Assembly: GCF_050920415.1 (NCBI RefSeq)
Contig: NZ_CP169309.1
Source: Escherichia coli
Lineage (GTDB): Bacteria > Pseudomonadota > Gammaproteobacteria > Enterobacterales > Enterobacteriaceae
Direction: 5' to 3' (one strand)
Length of the DNA: 64,000 bases
The translations under genes were made by a program, and so were the position numbers. This document shows positions 46,112-62,167 of this stretch, one piece after another (the stretch's first letter is position 1; each line of letters opens with the position of its first letter). The notes beneath the pieces are model-generated. The model saw only the letters and a list, made by a program, of their open reading frames with translations, was not told where the DNA came from and did not search any database.

Positions 46112-47303
46112 GCAACTCTGGCGCTGGCGTGGCATAACCGGCGACGGCAATGCGCAAGATGGGATGCTATGGGCAGAGAGCCGTGCTTTGCTGCTCATAG
46201 CACTACAGCAACAGATGGTTACCCCACTTAGCCTGAAGCGAATCGCCATCAATTCTGCGCAGTGGCGAGGAGATAAAAGCGCGGAAGTCATTCATCAACT
46301 GGCGACGCTACTCAAAGCCGGGTTAACGCTTTCTGAAGGGCTGGCACTGCTGGCGGAACAGCATCCCAGTAAGCAATGGCAAGCGTTGCTGCAATCGCTG
46401 GCGCACGATCTCGAACAGGGCATTGCTTTTTCCAATGCCTTATTACCCTGGTCAGAGGTATTTCCGCCGCTCTATCAGGCAATGATCCGCACGGGGGAAT
46501 TGACTGGTAAGTTAGATGAATGTTGCTTTGAACTTGCTCGACAGCAAAAAGCCCAACGTCAGTTAGCCGATAAAGTGAAATCAGCGTTGCGTTATCCCAT
46601 CATCATTTTAGCGATGGCAATCATGGTGGTTGTGGCAATGCTGCATTTTGTACTGCCGGAGTTTGCTGCTATCTACAAGACCTTTAACACCCCATTACCG
46701 GCGCTAACGCAGGGGATCATGACGCTGGCAGACTTTAGTGGCGAATGGGGCTGGCTGCTGCTGTTGTTCGGCTTACTGCTGGCAATAGCCAATAAGTTGC
46801 TGGTGCGCCGCCCGACCTGGCTCATCGTGAGGCAAAAATCACTGTTACGCATCCCAATTATGGGTTCACTGATGCGAGGGCAAAAACTCACGCAGATCTT
46901 TACGATTCTGGCGCTGACACAAAGTGCAGGCATTACTTTTTTACAGGGCGTAGAGAGCGTCAGAGCAACAATGCGCTGTCAGTACTGGGAGCAACTTCTG
47001 ACACAAATCCAGCACGATATCAGTAACGGTCATCCTATCTGGCTGGCGCTAAAAAATGCCGGTGAGTTTAGCCCGCTCTGTTTGCAATTAGTGAGAACAG
47101 GAGAGGCATCCGGTTCGCTGGATCTCATGTTAGACAACCTCGCCCGTCATCATCGGGATAACACCATGGCGCTGGCGGATAACCTTGCAGCCTTGCTCGA
47201 ACCGGTGTTGCTGGTCATAACGGGAGGAATTATCGGTACGCTAGTGGTGGCAATGTATTTGCCAATTTTCCATTTAGGCGATGCGATGAGTGGGATGGGA
47301 TAA
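46101..47303 (+). CDS. hofC: Type IV pilus inner membrane platform protein (PilC/GspF family)
   Basis: ORF 400 aa; start overlaps hofB stop. Confidence 0.92.
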   Translation: MASKQLWRWRGITGDGNAQDGMLWAESRALLLIALQQQMVTPLSLKRIAINSAQWRGDKSAEVIHQLATLLKAGLTLSEGLALLAEQHPSKQWQALLQSLAHDLEQGIAFSNALLPWSEVFPPLYQAMIRTGELTGKLDECCFELARQQKAQRQLADKVKSALRYPIIILAMAIMVVVAMLHFVLPEFAAIYKTFNTPLPALTQGIMTLADFSGEWGWLLLLFGLLLAIANKLLVRRPTWLIVRQKSLLRIPIMGSLMRGQKLTQIFTILALTQSAGITFLQGVESVRATMRCQYWEQLLTQIQHDISNGHPIWLALKNAGEFSPLCLQLVRTGEASGSLDLMLDNLARHHRDNTMALADNLAALLEPVLLVITGGIIGTLVVAMYLPIFHLGDAMSGMG

Positions 47304-47304
47304 C

Positions 47305-47328
47305 GCTGGCGTGTTACTCCACGCCAGC
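47305..47328. terminator. Stem-loop between convergent hofC and guaC
   Basis: gctggcgtg-ttactc-cacgccagc perfect 9-bp stem. Confidence 0.5.
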
Positions 47329-47337
47329 ATTGGGAGA

Positions 47338-48381
47338 TTACAGATTGTTGAAGATGCGGTTTTCTTGTTCCTGTACACGGATAAATGTGGTGCGCTTGGT
47401 CAGCTCTTTCAGGCGTGAAGCCCCAACGTATGTACAAGCTGAACGCAGGCCGCCCAAAATATCACGCGCGGTATTTTCAACCGGGCCTCGCAGCGGCAGC
47501 TTAACGGTTTTACCTTCTGCTGCGCGATATTCCGCAACGCCGCCAACGTGACGTTTCATCGCAGACTCGGAGCTCATGCCGTAGAACAGCATAAATTTCT
47601 CGCCGTTCTCCTCAACGATGCGACCACCGCTCTCTTCGTGGCCCGCCAGCATGCCGCCAAGCATGACGAAATCGGCACCGCCGCCAAAGGCTTTCGCGAC
47701 ATCGCCCGGCGTGGTGCAGCCACCGTCGCTGACGATCATTCCGCCCAGACCATGCGCAGCATCGGCACATTCGATCACCGCAGAAAGTTGCGGATAACCG
47801 ACGCCTGTTTTGACGCGAGTTGTACAAACAGAACCTGGGCCAATGCCAACTTTAACGATATCAGCACCGGAGAGGATAAGCTCCTCACACATTTCACCTG
47901 TCACGACGTTGCCAGCACAAATGGTTTTGGTCGGCCACGCTTCACGCGCTTTCGCAACGAACTGCACGAAGTGTTCGGAATAACCATTCGCCACGTCAAT
48001 ACAAACGAAGTTTAATGCCGGGTTCAGGTCGAGAATCTGTTTAGTTTTTTCGAAGTCCGCATCAGACGTACCGGTAGAAACCATCACATGTTTCAGCACA
48101 TCAGCGGAAGAATTGTTGATAAACGCTTGCCACTCTTCGACAGAATAGTGTTTATGCACAGCAGTCAGAATATCAAAAGAAGCCAGCGCAGAGGCCATAG
48201 AAAATGTGCCTACGGTGTCCATATTTGCGGCGATAATCGGCACGCCGGACCAGCTCTGACCTGAATGTTTGAAGGTGAATTGACGTTCCAGTTCAACATC
48301 GGAACGGCTTTTAAGAGTGGAGCGTTTAGGGCGGATGAGAACGTCTTTAAAACCTAACTTCAGATCTTCTTCAATACGCAT
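47338..48381 (-). CDS. guaC: GMP reductase
   Basis: ORF 347 aa [22 protein letters not shown]...; IMPDH/GMPR family. Confidence 0.96.
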
Positions 48382-48605
48382 GTGCGGATTCCTGGGGTTA
48401 ATGGCTATAAGGGTAAGAGCGCAACTCCAGTGACGCTATCATACGCACTAATCAATGCGGCGCAAGACTGCGAAATTGTCTTTTTTTACGCTACAATCCC
48501 ATAAATTTACCTGGTAAATAGTGAGCGAACGTTTCATCAATTTCGCTTTCGTGCGCTCATTTTTAACGTTTTGATAATCATGATGAATTCCCGGGAATAT
48601 AAATT

Positions 48606-49226
48606 ATGAGGTATATAGTTGCCTTAACGGGAGGCATTGGCAGTGGCAAGAGTACCGTTGCCAATGCGTTTGCTGATCTCGGAATTAACGTCATTGATGC
48701 CGATATTATTGCGCATCAGGTGGTTGAACCAGGTGCACCTGCGCTACATGCAATTGCTGATCACTTTGGCGCTAACATGATTGCTGCTGATGGAACATTG
48801 CAGCGCCGGGCCTTGCGCGAGCGGATTTTCGCCAACCCGGAAGAGAAAAACTGGCTTAACGCCCTGCTGCATCCGCTGATTCAGCAAGAGACGCAACACC
48901 AGATCCAGCAAGCATCTTCCCCCTATGTACTTTGGGTTGTGCCATTGCTGGTAGAAAACTCATTGTATAAAAAAGCGAATCGAGTGCTGGTGGTGGATGT
49001 CAGCCCAGAAACGCAACTTAAACGCACCATGCAGCGCGATGATGTCACTCGCGAGCATGTTGAACAAATTCTTGCTGCTCAGGCAACGCGCGAAGCCCGC
49101 CTTGCCGTGGCAGATGACGTCATTGATAATAACGGCGCACCGGATGCTATCGCATCGGATGTTGCCCGCCTGCACGCACACTATTTGCAGCTTGCGTCGC
49201 AGTTTGTCTCACAGGAAAAACCGTAA
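48606..49226 (+). CDS. coaE: Dephospho-CoA kinase
   Basis: ORF 206 aa; P-loop GGIGSGKST. Confidence 0.95.
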   Translation: MRYIVALTGGIGSGKSTVANAFADLGINVIDADIIAHQVVEPGAPALHAIADHFGANMIAADGTLQRRALRERIFANPEEKNWLNALLHPLIQQETQHQIQQASSPYVLWVVPLLVENSLYKKANRVLVVDVSPETQLKRTMQRDDVTREHVEQILAAQATREARLAVADDVIDNNGAPDAIASDVARLHAHYLQLASQFVSQEKP

Positions 49227-49969
49227 TGCAGACCCAGGTCCTTTTTGAACATCCACTAAATGAAAAAATGCGTACATGGCTGCGCATTGAGTTTTTGATT
49301 CAGCAACTCACCGTTAATCTACCCATCGTTGACCACGCTGGCGCGCTGCATTTCTTCCGTAATGTCAGTGAATTACTGGATGTTTTCGAGCGCGGCGAAG
49401 TCCGTACTGAGCTGTTGAAAGAACTTGACCGGCAGCAACGTAAACTCCAGACCTGGATTGGCGTGCCTGGCGTGGACCAGAGCCGTATTGAAGCATTAAT
49501 TCAGCAGTTAAAAGCGGCGGGGAGCGTATTAATTTCCGCGCCGCGTATCGGGCAATTTCTGCGTGAAGATCGTTTGATTGCTCTGGTGCGTCAGCGACTG
49601 AGCATCCCAGGCGGCTGTTGTAGCTTTGATTTACCTACATTGCACATTTGGCTGCATCTACCCCAGGCGCAGCGCGACAGCCAGGTAGAAACCTGGATTG
49701 CCAGCCTGAACCCGCTCAACCAGGCACTTACCATGGTGCTGGATTTAATTCGCCAGTCGGCCCCCTTCCGTAAACAAACCAGCCTGAATGGTTTTTATCA
49801 GGATAACGGTGGCGATGCCGACTTGCTGCGCCTGAATCTGTCGCTCGATTCACAGCTTTATCCGCAAATTTCCGGTCATAAGAGCCGTTTTGCCATTCGT
49901 TTTATGCCGCTGGACAGTGAAAACGGACAGGTACCGGAACGTCTGGATTTCGAACTGGCCTGTTGCTAA
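49226..49969 (+). CDS. zapD: Cell division protein ZapD (FtsZ-associated)
   Basis: ORF 247 aa [24 protein letters not shown]...; start overlaps coaE stop (TAATG). Confidence 0.93.
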   Translation: MQTQVLFEHPLNEKMRTWLRIEFLIQQLTVNLPIVDHAGALHFFRNVSELLDVFERGEVRTELLKELDRQQRKLQTWIGVPGVDQSRIEALIQQLKAAGSVLISAPRIGQFLREDRLIALVRQRLSIPGGCCSFDLPTLHIWLHLPQAQRDSQVETWIASLNPLNQALTMVLDLIRQSAPFRKQTSLNGFYQDNGGDADLLRLNLSLDSQLYPQISGHKSRFAIRFMPLDSENGQVPERLDFELACC

Positions 49970-49978
49970 GGAGTAAAA

Positions 49979-50176
49979 ATGTCAGAAACTATTACGGTGA
50001 ATTGCCCAACCTGCGGGAAAACGGTGGTGTGGGGTGAAATCAGCCCGTTTCGGCCATTTTGTTCCAAACGTTGTCAGCTGATCGACCTCGGAGAATGGGC
50101 TGCTGAAGAAAAACGAATCCCCAGCAGTGGCGATCTTTCCGAAAGCGATGACTGGAGCGAAGAGCCAAAGCAGTGA
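49979..50176 (+). CDS. yacG: DNA gyrase inhibitor YacG (zinc finger)
   Basis: ORF 65 aa; C-x2-C...C-x3-C motif (CPTCGK...CSKRCQ). Confidence 0.93.
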
Positions 50177-50186
50177 CATTTTATCT

Positions 50187-50368
50187 GATGCGACGCTGGC
50201 CTGATAAGACGCGGGCAGCGTCGCATCAGGCATCGTGTGCAAATGTCGGATGCGGCGGGAACGCCTTATCCGACCTGCAAGATCTTTTATATCAACGTGT
50301 TAAAAAATTGTAGGCCTGATAAGACGCGCCAGCGTCGCATCGGGCATCCAGTGTAAATGTTGGATGCC
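50187..50368. repeat. BIME: cluster of 3-4 REP palindromic units
   Basis: Repeated gcctgataagacgcg...cgtcgcatcaggc and gtcggatgcggcg...gccttatccgac units in alternating orientation. Confidence 0.8.
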
Positions 50369-50377
50369 TTAACCGAT

Positions 50378-50767
50378 CTACAGACACTTAAGCTTCGCAA
50401 TTACCGGTTCATTGGCTGGCGGAAAATCATCGGCATTCAGACCAACCAGCGACATCCACTCACCGGGTTGCCCTTCTTTACCCCACGGCTCCCCTTCCCA
50501 GCTTTCGACCAGCCAGAACCACAGAGTTATATGCCTGTCCGGGAATTCATATTCCAGTTTTTCAAATAGCGAAAAATGTTGTGGGGTAATCCCGACTTCT
50601 TCCTGAAGTTCACGCACCACCGCCTGTTCCGGCGTTTCGCCCATTTCAATTTTACCGCCAGGAAACTCCAGTTTATTCGCCATGTGCGCATCTGCGGCGC
50701 GACGGGTTATAAAGATTTCATTGTTCTCGTTGCGAATAATACCTACCGCAATTTGCAGCTTTTTCAT
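50378..50767 (-). CDS. mutT: 8-oxo-dGTP diphosphatase (Nudix hydrolase)
   Basis: ORF 129 aa; Nudix box GGKIEMGETPEQAVVRELQEEVG. Confidence 0.95.
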   Translation of the reverse strand: MKKLQIAVGIIRNENNEIFITRRAADAHMANKLEFPGGKIEMGETPEQAVVRELQEEVGITPQHFSLFEKLEYEFPDRHITLWFWLVESWEGEPWGKEGQPGEWMSLVGLNADDFPPANEPVIAKLKCL

Positions 50768-50781
50768 TGTCTTAAACCTAT

Positions 50782-50809
50782 AAAAAAGGCGCAGAATCCT
50801 GCGCCTTTT
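50782..50809. terminator. Bidirectional rho-independent terminator between secA and mutT
   Basis: aaaaaa-ggcgcag-aatc-ctgcgcc-tttt. Confidence 0.8.
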
Positions 50810-50826
50810 ACTTCAACTGTTAGCTT

Positions 50827-53532
50827 TTATTGCAGGCGACCGTGGCACTGCTTGTATTTTTTACCAGAACCGCACGGGCAAGGATCATTACGTCCAACTT
50901 TGCGTTCACCAGTTTGTGCCGCCAGTGCAGCTGCGGCTGCAGAGTCGTCATCCTGATGGCTAAGCTGCTGCATTTGCGCTAAACGCTCGGCTTCCATACG
51001 ACGCTGTTGTTCCAGCTCCTCAACCTCTTCAGGCATACGTACCTGAACTTTGCTCAGCGTGCTGATAACTTCATATTTCAACGACTCCAGCATCGCTGCA
51101 AACATGGAGAACGATTCACGTTTGTATTCCTGCTTCGGATCTTTCTGTGCATAGCCACGCAGGTGGATACCTTGACGCAGATAATCCATCGCCGCCAGGT
51201 GCTCTTTCCACAGGGAGTCAAGCGTTTGCAGCATGACGCCTTTCTCGAAGTGACGCATCATCTCAGCGCCAACCACTTCTTCTTTACGCTGATACACTTC
51301 GATGGACTGCGCCAGAATACGCTCACGCAGCGTCTCTTCATGCAGTTCTGGCTCTTTGTCCAGCCACTCGGCAATCGGCAAATCGAGGTCGAAATCGTTC
51401 TTCAGACGTTCCTGCAGCCCCGGAATATCCCACATTTCTTCCAGCGACTGCGGCGGAATGTAGGCATCGATGGTCGCTTTGAACACATCTTCACGAATGC
51501 TGTTGATGGTATCGCTCACATCGCTGACATCCAGCAGTTCATTACGCTGGGAGTAAATGGCGCGACGCTGATCGTTAGCCACGTCATCATATTCCAGCAG
51601 TTGCTTACGAATATCGAAGTTACGGCTTTCAACTTTACGCTGAGCGTTGGCAATCGCTTTGGTCACCCACGGGTGCTCGATGGCTTCGCCTGGTTTCATA
51701 CCCAGTTTACGCATCATGCCGGAAACACGGTCAGAAGCAAAAATACGCATCAGCGCATCTTCCATCGACAGGTAGAAACGGGAAGAACCGGCATCCCCCT
51801 GGCGCCCAGAACGACCGCGTAGCTGGTTATCGATACGACGAGATTCGTGACGTTCTGTACCGATGATATGCAGACCACCTGCAGCCAGTACCGCATCGTG
51901 ACGCACCTGCCAGTCGGCTTTGATTTTTTCAATTTGCTCTGCGGTCGGATTTTCCAGCGCGGCAACTTCTGCCTGCCAGCTACCACCGAGCACAATATCT
52001 GTACCACGACCCGCCATGTTAGTCGCGATAGTCACCGCCGCGGGATAACCCGCTTGTGCAACAATCGCTGCTTCGTTAGCGTGGAATTTGGCGTTCAGAA
52101 CGTTGTGTTTGATACCGGCTTTGGTCAGCTCGTTTGACACCAATTCCGATTTTTCGATGGAGATAGTACCCACCAGCACCGGCTGGCCTTTCGCAGTACG
52201 TTCTTTGATATCTTCAATGATCGCCTGAATTTTTTCCGCTTCAGTCATGTAGACCAGGTCCGGCAGATCTTTACGAATCATTGGACGGTTGGTCGGAACA
52301 ACGACGGTATCCAGCTTATAGATGGAGCTGAATTCGAAAGCTTCGGTATCAGCAGTACCGGTCATCCCCGCCAGTTTTTCATACAGACGGAAGTAGTTCT
52401 GGAAGGTGATCGACGCCAGCGTCTGGTTTTCGTTCTGGATCTGTACACCTTCTTTCGCTTCCACTGCCTGATGCAGGCCATCGGACCAACGACGTCCCTG
52501 CATGGTACGACCGGTGTGTTCGTCAACGATGATAACTTCACCATCTTTAACGATGTAGTCGACGTCTCGGGTAAACAGCGCATGAGCGCGCAGCGCCGCC
52601 GTTACGTGGTGCATCAGCATGATGTTGGCCGGAGAGTACAGAGACTCCCCTTCATCCATGATGCCTTCTTTCACCAGCAGTTCTTCAATCAGCACCAGAC
52701 CACGTTCGGTCAGGTTCACCTGGCGAGATTTTTCGTCCACCGAGAAGTGGCCTTCGCCCTGGAAGGTTTCGGAGTCTTCTTTTTCCTGACGGATCAGGTG
52801 CGGAATAATTTTATTCACGCGTTTATACATTTCCGAGCTGTCTTCTGCCGGGCCGGAAATGATCAGCGGTGTACGCGCTTCATCGATCAGGATGGAGTCC
52901 ACTTCGTCCACCAGCGCATAGTGCAGTTTACGCTGTACACGTTCTTCAGGGCTGAACGCCATGTTATCGCGCAGGTAGTCAAAGCCGTATTCGTTGTTCG
53001 TACCGTAAGTGATGTCAGCTGCGTAAGCTTCACGCTTCGCCGGTGCTGGCATGCCCGGCAGGTTGATACCGACAGTCAGGCCAAGGAATTCAAACAGCGG
53101 ACGGTTGTTTTCGGCGTCACGTTGCGCCAGGTAGTCGTTGACGGTAACAACGTGTACGCCCTTACCGGTTAATGCGTTCAGGTAAGCAGGCAGCGTTGCG
53201 GTCAGGGTTTTACCTTCACCGGTACGCATTTCCGCGATGCAGCGTTCGTTAAGAACCATACCGCCGAGTAACTGAACGTCGAAGTGACGCATACCAAAGA
53301 CGCGCTTACTTGCCTCACGCACCACAGCGAAAGCTTCTGGGATCAGATTTTCCAGCACTTCGCCTTTTTCCAGACGTGCACGAAACTCTGCGGTTTTCCC
53401 TTTCAGTTCTTCGTCGGAGAGTTTTTCCATCTCCGGTTCCATGGCATTGATGATGTTGACGACTTTGCGCATCCGGCGCAGGGTGCGATCGTTACGACTA
53501 CCGAAAACTTTAGTTAATAATTTGATTAGCAT
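50827..53532 (-). CDS. secA: Protein translocase ATPase SecA
   Basis: ORF 901 aa [23 protein letters not shown]...; C-terminal zinc-binding [14 protein letters not shown]. Confidence 0.97.
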   Translation of the reverse strand: MLIKLLTKVFGSRNDRTLRRMRKVVNIINAMEPEMEKLSDEELKGKTAEFRARLEKGEVLENLIPEAFAVVREASKRVFGMRHFDVQLLGGMVLNERCIAEMRTGEGKTLTATLPAYLNALTGKGVHVVTVNDYLAQRDAENNRPLFEFLGLTVGINLPGMPAPAKREAYAADITYGTNNEYGFDYLRDNMAFSPEERVQRKLHYALVDEVDSILIDEARTPLIISGPAEDSSEMYKRVNKIIPHLIRQEKEDSETFQGEGHFSVDEKSRQVNLTERGLVLIEELLVKEGIMDEGESLYSPANIMLMHHVTAALRAHALFTRDVDYIVKDGEVIIVDEHTGRTMQGRRWSDGLHQAVEAKEGVQIQNENQTLASITFQNYFRLYEKLAGMTGTADTEAFEFSSIYKLDTVVVPTNRPMIRKDLPDLVYMTEAEKIQAIIEDIKERTAKGQPVLVGTISIEKSELVSNELTKAGIKHNVLNAKFHANEAAIVAQAGYPAAVTIATNMAGRGTDIVLGGSWQAEVAALENPTAEQIEKIKADWQVRHDAVLAAGGLHIIGTERHESRRIDNQLRGRSGRQGDAGSSRFYLSMEDALMRIFASDRVSGMMRKLGMKPGEAIEHPWVTKAIANAQRKVESRNFDIRKQLLEYDDVANDQRRAIYSQRNELLDVSDVSDTINSIREDVFKATIDAYIPPQSLEEMWDIPGLQERLKNDFDLDLPIAEWLDKEPELHEETLRERILAQSIEVYQRKEEVVGAEMMRHFEKGVMLQTLDSLWKEHLAAMDYLRQGIHLRGYAQKDPKQEYKRESFSMFAAMLESLKYEVISTLSKVQVRMPEEVEELEQQRRMEAERLAQMQQLSHQDDDSAAAAALAAQTGERKVGRNDPCPCGSGKKYKQCHGRLQ

Positions 53533-53593
53533 AATAAAATCTCAAACGCCCCGCGTTGCGGAGTCAATAAAATGAAGTAAAGGTTTATTGTTG

Positions 53594-54274
<681 letters not shown>

Positions 54275-54336
54275 TCACCTGGCCGGAGAGAGTGCCAGAT
54301 TTGCCAGTCGAATTTTATACGACAGTATAAATGTCG

Positions 54337-55275
<939 letters not shown>

Positions 55276-55354
55276 CTATCCAACCGAAGTGTACTATACA
55301 TTCGGCGGGCCAGTTTAGCACAAAGAGCCTCGAAACCCAAATTCCAGTCAATTC

Positions 55355-56506
55355 TTAATCAGCTTGCTTACGCAGGAATGCTGGGATATCCAGATAATCC
55401 GGCTCTTTCGCAGTTTGCGGTGCGTTGTCATTCACGACTTTAGCAACCGGTTTCTGCTCCTGAGTCAGCGGTGCCATCCCGTGCTGCTGGTAGCGATCCA
55501 TCACTGGCTGCTGAACCTGCTTATTGGTCACCAGGGTGATTTCAGGACGTTTGTCCATACCGATACCTGTCGCAACAACGGTTACGCGCAGCTCGTCATT
55601 CATATCCGGGTCAAGAGAAGTACCGATAACCACAGTTGCGTTGTCGGATGCAAATGCACGGATGGTGTTACCTACCGTTTCGAACTCATCCAGACGCAGG
55701 TCGAAGCCCGCCGTGATGTTAACCAGCACGCCGCGCGCGCCAGACAGATCGATATCTTCCAGCAGCGGAGAGGAGATAGCCATTTCAGCAGCTTCTTCCG
55801 CACGGTCTTCGCCGCTCGCCACACCAGAACCCATCATTGCGTAGCCCATTTCAGACATTACGGTACGTACGTCTGCAAAGTCCACGTTCATCAGGCCTGG
55901 ACGAGTAATCAGTTCAGCGATACCTTGCACAGCACCTTTCAGTACATCGTTCGCTGCGCCAAATGCATCCAGCAGGGAGATACCGCGGCCCAAGACTTTC
56001 AGCAGTTTGTCGTTAGGGATAGTGATCAGAGAGTCCACATGCTTGGACAGTTCAGTGATCCCCTGCTCAGCGAATGCCATACGCTTCTTGCCTTCAAAGT
56101 TGAAAGGCTTAGTCACGACAGCAACGGTCAGGATCCCCAAATCTTTTGCCACTTCAGCGACAACTGGTGCTGCACCTGTACCGGTACCACCACCCATACC
56201 CGCAGCAATAAAGACCATGTCTGCACCTTCCAGCGCCGCACGCAGTGCATCGCGATCCTCATCAGCCGCATTACGGCCAACTTCTGGATTTGCGCCAGCT
56301 CCCAGTCCTTTGGTGATACCGCTACCGATTTGAATCGTCTGTCCAACCGCTGTTTTACGCAGCGCTTGTGCATCGGTATTTACCGCGAAGAATTCAACAC
56401 CTTCAATGCGCTCGCGCACCATGTGTTCAACAGCATTACCGCCGCCGCCGCCGACGCCGATGACTTTAATCACCGCGTCATTGGTAAGTTCCATTGGTTC
56501 AAACAT
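55355..56506 (-). CDS. ftsZ: Cell division GTPase FtsZ
   Basis: ORF 383 aa; tubulin signature GGGTGTG. Confidence 0.98.
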
Positions 56507-56566
56507 AGTTTCTCTCCGATTTGTGCCTGTCGCCTGAGGCCGTAATCATCGTCGGCCTCATAAAAA

Positions 56567-57829
56567 TTAAAACTCTTTTCGCAGCCAACTATTGAGTCGC
56601 TTGATCCACGAGCCAACTGATGCTGTAACACGTTTTTCTACTTCAGCTTCACCGTTAAGATGTGACTCTTTCCCATAGTGAAGCAATCCCACCGCCGTCG
56701 AATAATACGGCTCCTGAGCATAATCCGTTAAACCGGTAATGTTCAGCGGCGCGCCGATACGCACTTGCGTATGAAACACGCGCTGAGCACAGGCTGCAAG
56801 ACCTTCGATCTGCGCTGCGCCACCAGTTAAAACAATGCCTGCCGCCAGGTGATGTTTAACCCCTTGTTGGCGAAGCTTTTCCTGCAACTGCAATATCTCT
56901 TCGTTGACCAGGTTGAGCAGCTCGGTATAGCGCGGCTCGATCACCTCTGCCAGGGTCTGACGTTGCAGACTCCGCGGTGGACGACCGCCTACGCTCGGCA
57001 CTTCCACGCTCTCATCTTTTCCAACGATGGAACCCAGCGCACAACCGTGGCGAACTTTAATCGCTTCGGCGTCGCTTGGCGGCGTGCCAAAGGCGTAAGC
57101 GATATCACTGGTCACGACATTGCCAGCATAAGGAATTACCTTAGTGTGGCGCAATGCCCCACCGGTATAAACGGCGATATCCATTGTACCACCACCGATA
57201 TCGACGACGCAGACACCCAGTTCACGTTCATCTTCCGTCAATACCGAATAACTTGATGCCAGTCCGGCAAATATCAGTTGGTCAACTTTCAGCCCACAAC
57301 GTTCAACCGCTTTGACGATGTTTTTCGCCATATCGTTGTGACATGTGATCAGATGCACTTTTGCCTGCATCCGCACGCCCGAAAGTCCTACCGGATTCTT
57401 GATCCCTTCCTGATAGTCAATCGCATACTCTTGCGGGATCACATGCAGCACACGATGCTCATCGCGCACACGCACTGATTTCGCGGTATGGACGACGTTT
57501 TCCACATCTTCTTGCGTCACTTCTTCTTCAGAAATAGGCACCATACCAATTTCATTCTGGCAGCTGATGTGCTTACCAGAAAGCGCCAGATATACCGAAG
57601 AGATCTGACAATCTGCCATCAATTCTGCCTGGTCAATGGCGCGTTGTACGCACTTGACCACGGATTCGAGGTCGTTTACCCCGCCTTTATCCATACCACG
57701 CGACGGGCAGCTGCCCACGCCAATGATATTGACCATACCGTCGGGCAGAACTTCCCCTACTAAAGCGGCAACCTTCGCGGTACCAATCTCCAGTCCTACT
57801 ACCAGTTTTCTGTCCGTCGCCTTGATCAT
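56567..57829 (-). CDS. ftsA: Cell division protein FtsA (actin-like ATPase)
   Basis: ORF 420 aa [26 protein letters not shown]... Confidence 0.97.
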   Translation of the reverse strand: MIKATDRKLVVGLEIGTAKVAALVGEVLPDGMVNIIGVGSCPSRGMDKGGVNDLESVVKCVQRAIDQAELMADCQISSVYLALSGKHISCQNEIGMVPISEEEVTQEDVENVVHTAKSVRVRDEHRVLHVIPQEYAIDYQEGIKNPVGLSGVRMQAKVHLITCHNDMAKNIVKAVERCGLKVDQLIFAGLASSYSVLTEDERELGVCVVDIGGGTMDIAVYTGGALRHTKVIPYAGNVVTSDIAYAFGTPPSDAEAIKVRHGCALGSIVGKDESVEVPSVGGRPPRSLQRQTLAEVIEPRYTELLNLVNEEILQLQEKLRQQGVKHHLAAGIVLTGGAAQIEGLAACAQRVFHTQVRIGAPLNITGLTDYAQEPYYSTAVGLLHYGKESHLNGEAEVEKRVTASVGSWIKRLNSWLRKEF

Positions 57830-58656
57830 TGTTGTTCTGCCTGTGCCTGATTTTGTTGCTGAGTAGATTCCTCTGGCGGCAAAGGCGCCCAGCCTACTGC
57901 CGCTCCAGAGTCATAACGCAAATCAACGTAGCTAATCCGTTTGCCATCGGTTTGCGCCTGCTGCTGTAAAACCGGATAAAGTTCTACAAAGCGAGCCAAA
58001 CGTTTCATCGTATCGCCCCGGCCAAGATTGAGCTTAATATCGTTATTCAGCGTCAACTGCCAGGAACGCCGCGCGGTCATCGCCGCTTCCTTCAGAGTAA
58101 ATCTGTCCTTTGCCAGCATCTGCCCCATTTCGCGATAGCCCTGCAACACTTCATTGGCGCTGCCTTCCGGGCCATACAGCATTGGAAGCACCTGCTTGCT
58201 GGTGCGATCTGGCGGCACGCTGAAAGTGTTTCCTTCCGCGTCTACCATATGTTGATCATTCCACCGCGCAATCGGCACATATTCAACCAGATGAATCTTC
58301 AATTCATCAGGCCACTGCTTTCTGACGCTCACCTGCTTAATCCACGGCAGGCGTTGTTCTATTTGCGTCTGGATGATGTTGACATCCTGGGTCATAAAGG
58401 TACCTGGCTCACCCAATGCCAGGATCGACTGTCGGATATCGTCATTACGCGTGTAATGGCGTTCACCGGTCAACACCAGCTTTGAGAGCGGCAGGCGTTG
58501 CGCATCTTCCATCCAGCCCAACACGACCCAGCCGCTCACCAACACTGTCGTTAAAACGGTCAGCAGGAAAAGGATCCCCGCCAGACGCGTTCCATTATTG
58601 CGGCGAGAAGAAACCTCTTCTTCGCTGTTTCGCGTGTTCAGAGCAGCCTGCGACAT
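57826..58656 (-). CDS. ftsQ: Cell division protein FtsQ
   Basis: ORF 276 aa; single TM then POTRA-like periplasmic domain; overlaps ftsA start. Confidence 0.95.
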   Translation of the reverse strand: MSQAALNTRNSEEEVSSRRNNGTRLAGILFLLTVLTTVLVSGWVVLGWMEDAQRLPLSKLVLTGERHYTRNDDIRQSILALGEPGTFMTQDVNIIQTQIEQRLPWIKQVSVRKQWPDELKIHLVEYVPIARWNDQHMVDAEGNTFSVPPDRTSKQVLPMLYGPEGSANEVLQGYREMGQMLAKDRFTLKEAAMTARRSWQLTLNNDIKLNLGRGDTMKRLARFVELYPVLQQQAQTDGKRISYVDLRYDSGAAVGWAPLPPEESTQQQNQAQAEQQ

Positions 58657-58657
58657 A

Positions 58658-61046
<2,389 letters not shown>

Positions 61047-61099
61047 TCTTTACGCCATTAACTTCTTACATTCATACGATGCAAAAGGCATCGCTACAA

Positions 61100-62167
61100 T
61101 TACGCCCGGGCAGCCCGGCTCACTTCATTTGCCACTCGCTCGGTGGCATCCGGAATGGATGCAGCACGGGCGCGTTCTGCCATGGTTAATAAGGTTTCTC
61201 GCGACCACCCGGCCAGGGTGTTGGCGACAGCATCCACAGTAAGCTGTGGCTGCTCGATAATTTTGGCTGCGCCCGCTTTTTCCAGCGGTAGCGCATTCCA
61301 GTATTGCTGGCGGTCTTTATGTTGAAACGGCACAAACAATGCCGGTAGCCCCGCTGCGGCAATTTCACTCACCGTTAACGCACCGGAGCGGCAAACAACG
61401 ACATCTGCCCACGCATACGCCGCCGCCATATCATCAATAAATTCCGTCACTTTATGCTGCGGTTGCCCCGCTTCCGCATACGCCTGTTCAACGGATTGTT
61501 GCGAACCTTTGCCGCTCTGATGCCAGATAGTGACTGAATCACCCAGTTTCGCAGCAACCTGCGGCATTGTCTGGTTAAGAATGCGTGCGCCCTGGGACCC
61601 CCCCACTACCAACACACGAACCGGACCTTCACGACCAGCCAAACGTTGCTGCGGCAGTGGCAACGCCAGCACATCGGTACGCACCGGGTTACCCACCACT
61701 TCCGCATTAGGGAAAGCGCCTGGAAACGCCTGCATCACTTTGGTGGCAATCTTCGCCAGCCATTTATTGGTTAAGCCCGCAATACCGTTTTGTTCATGAA
61801 GTACAACCGGAATGCCTAACGACCACGCTGCCAGTCCACCTGGACCTGATACGTAGCCGCCCATACCGAGCACCACATCAGGTTTGAACGCTTTCATAAT
61901 CGCCCGTGCCTGACGCCAGGCGTTAAAAATACGCAGAGGTGCAGCTAACAGTGCTTTTATACCTTTACCACGCAGACCAGAGATACGAATGAAATCAATT
62001 TCGATGCCATGTTTTGGCACTAAGTCCGCTTCCATACGGTCGGCAGTCCCCAGCCAGCGAACTTGCCAACCCTGAGCCATTAGATGGTGCGCAACCGCCA
62101 GTCCCGGGAACACATGTCCACCGGTTCCGCCGGCCATCACCATTAATCGCTTTCCTTGACCACTCAT
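61100..62167 (-). CDS. murG: UDP-GlcNAc:undecaprenyl-PP-MurNAc-pentapeptide GlcNAc transferase
   Basis: ORF 355 aa [29 protein letters not shown]... Confidence 0.96.
   Translation of the reverse strand: MSGQGKRLMVMAGGTGGHVFPGLAVAHHLMAQGWQVRWLGTADRMEADLVPKHGIEIDFIRISGLRGKGIKALLAAPLRIFNAWRQARAIMKAFKPDVVLGMGGYVSGPGGLAAWSLGIPVVLHEQNGIAGLTNKWLAKIATKVMQAFPGAFPNAEVVGNPVRTDVLALPLPQQRLAGREGPVRVLVVGGSQGARILNQTMPQVAAKLGDSVTIWHQSGKGSQQSVEQAYAEAGQPQHKVTEFIDDMAAAYAWADVVVCRSGALTVSEIAAAGLPALFVPFQHKDRQQYWNALPLEKAGAAKIIEQPQLTVDAVANTLAGWSRETLLTMAERARAASIPDATERVANEVSRAARA

Noticed and set aside
51007-53172. Plus-strand ORFs 51007..51822 and 52471..53172
   Set aside because: Antisense to secA; no independent coding evidence.
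55364-56545. 393-aa plus-strand ORF
   Set aside because: Antisense to ftsZ.
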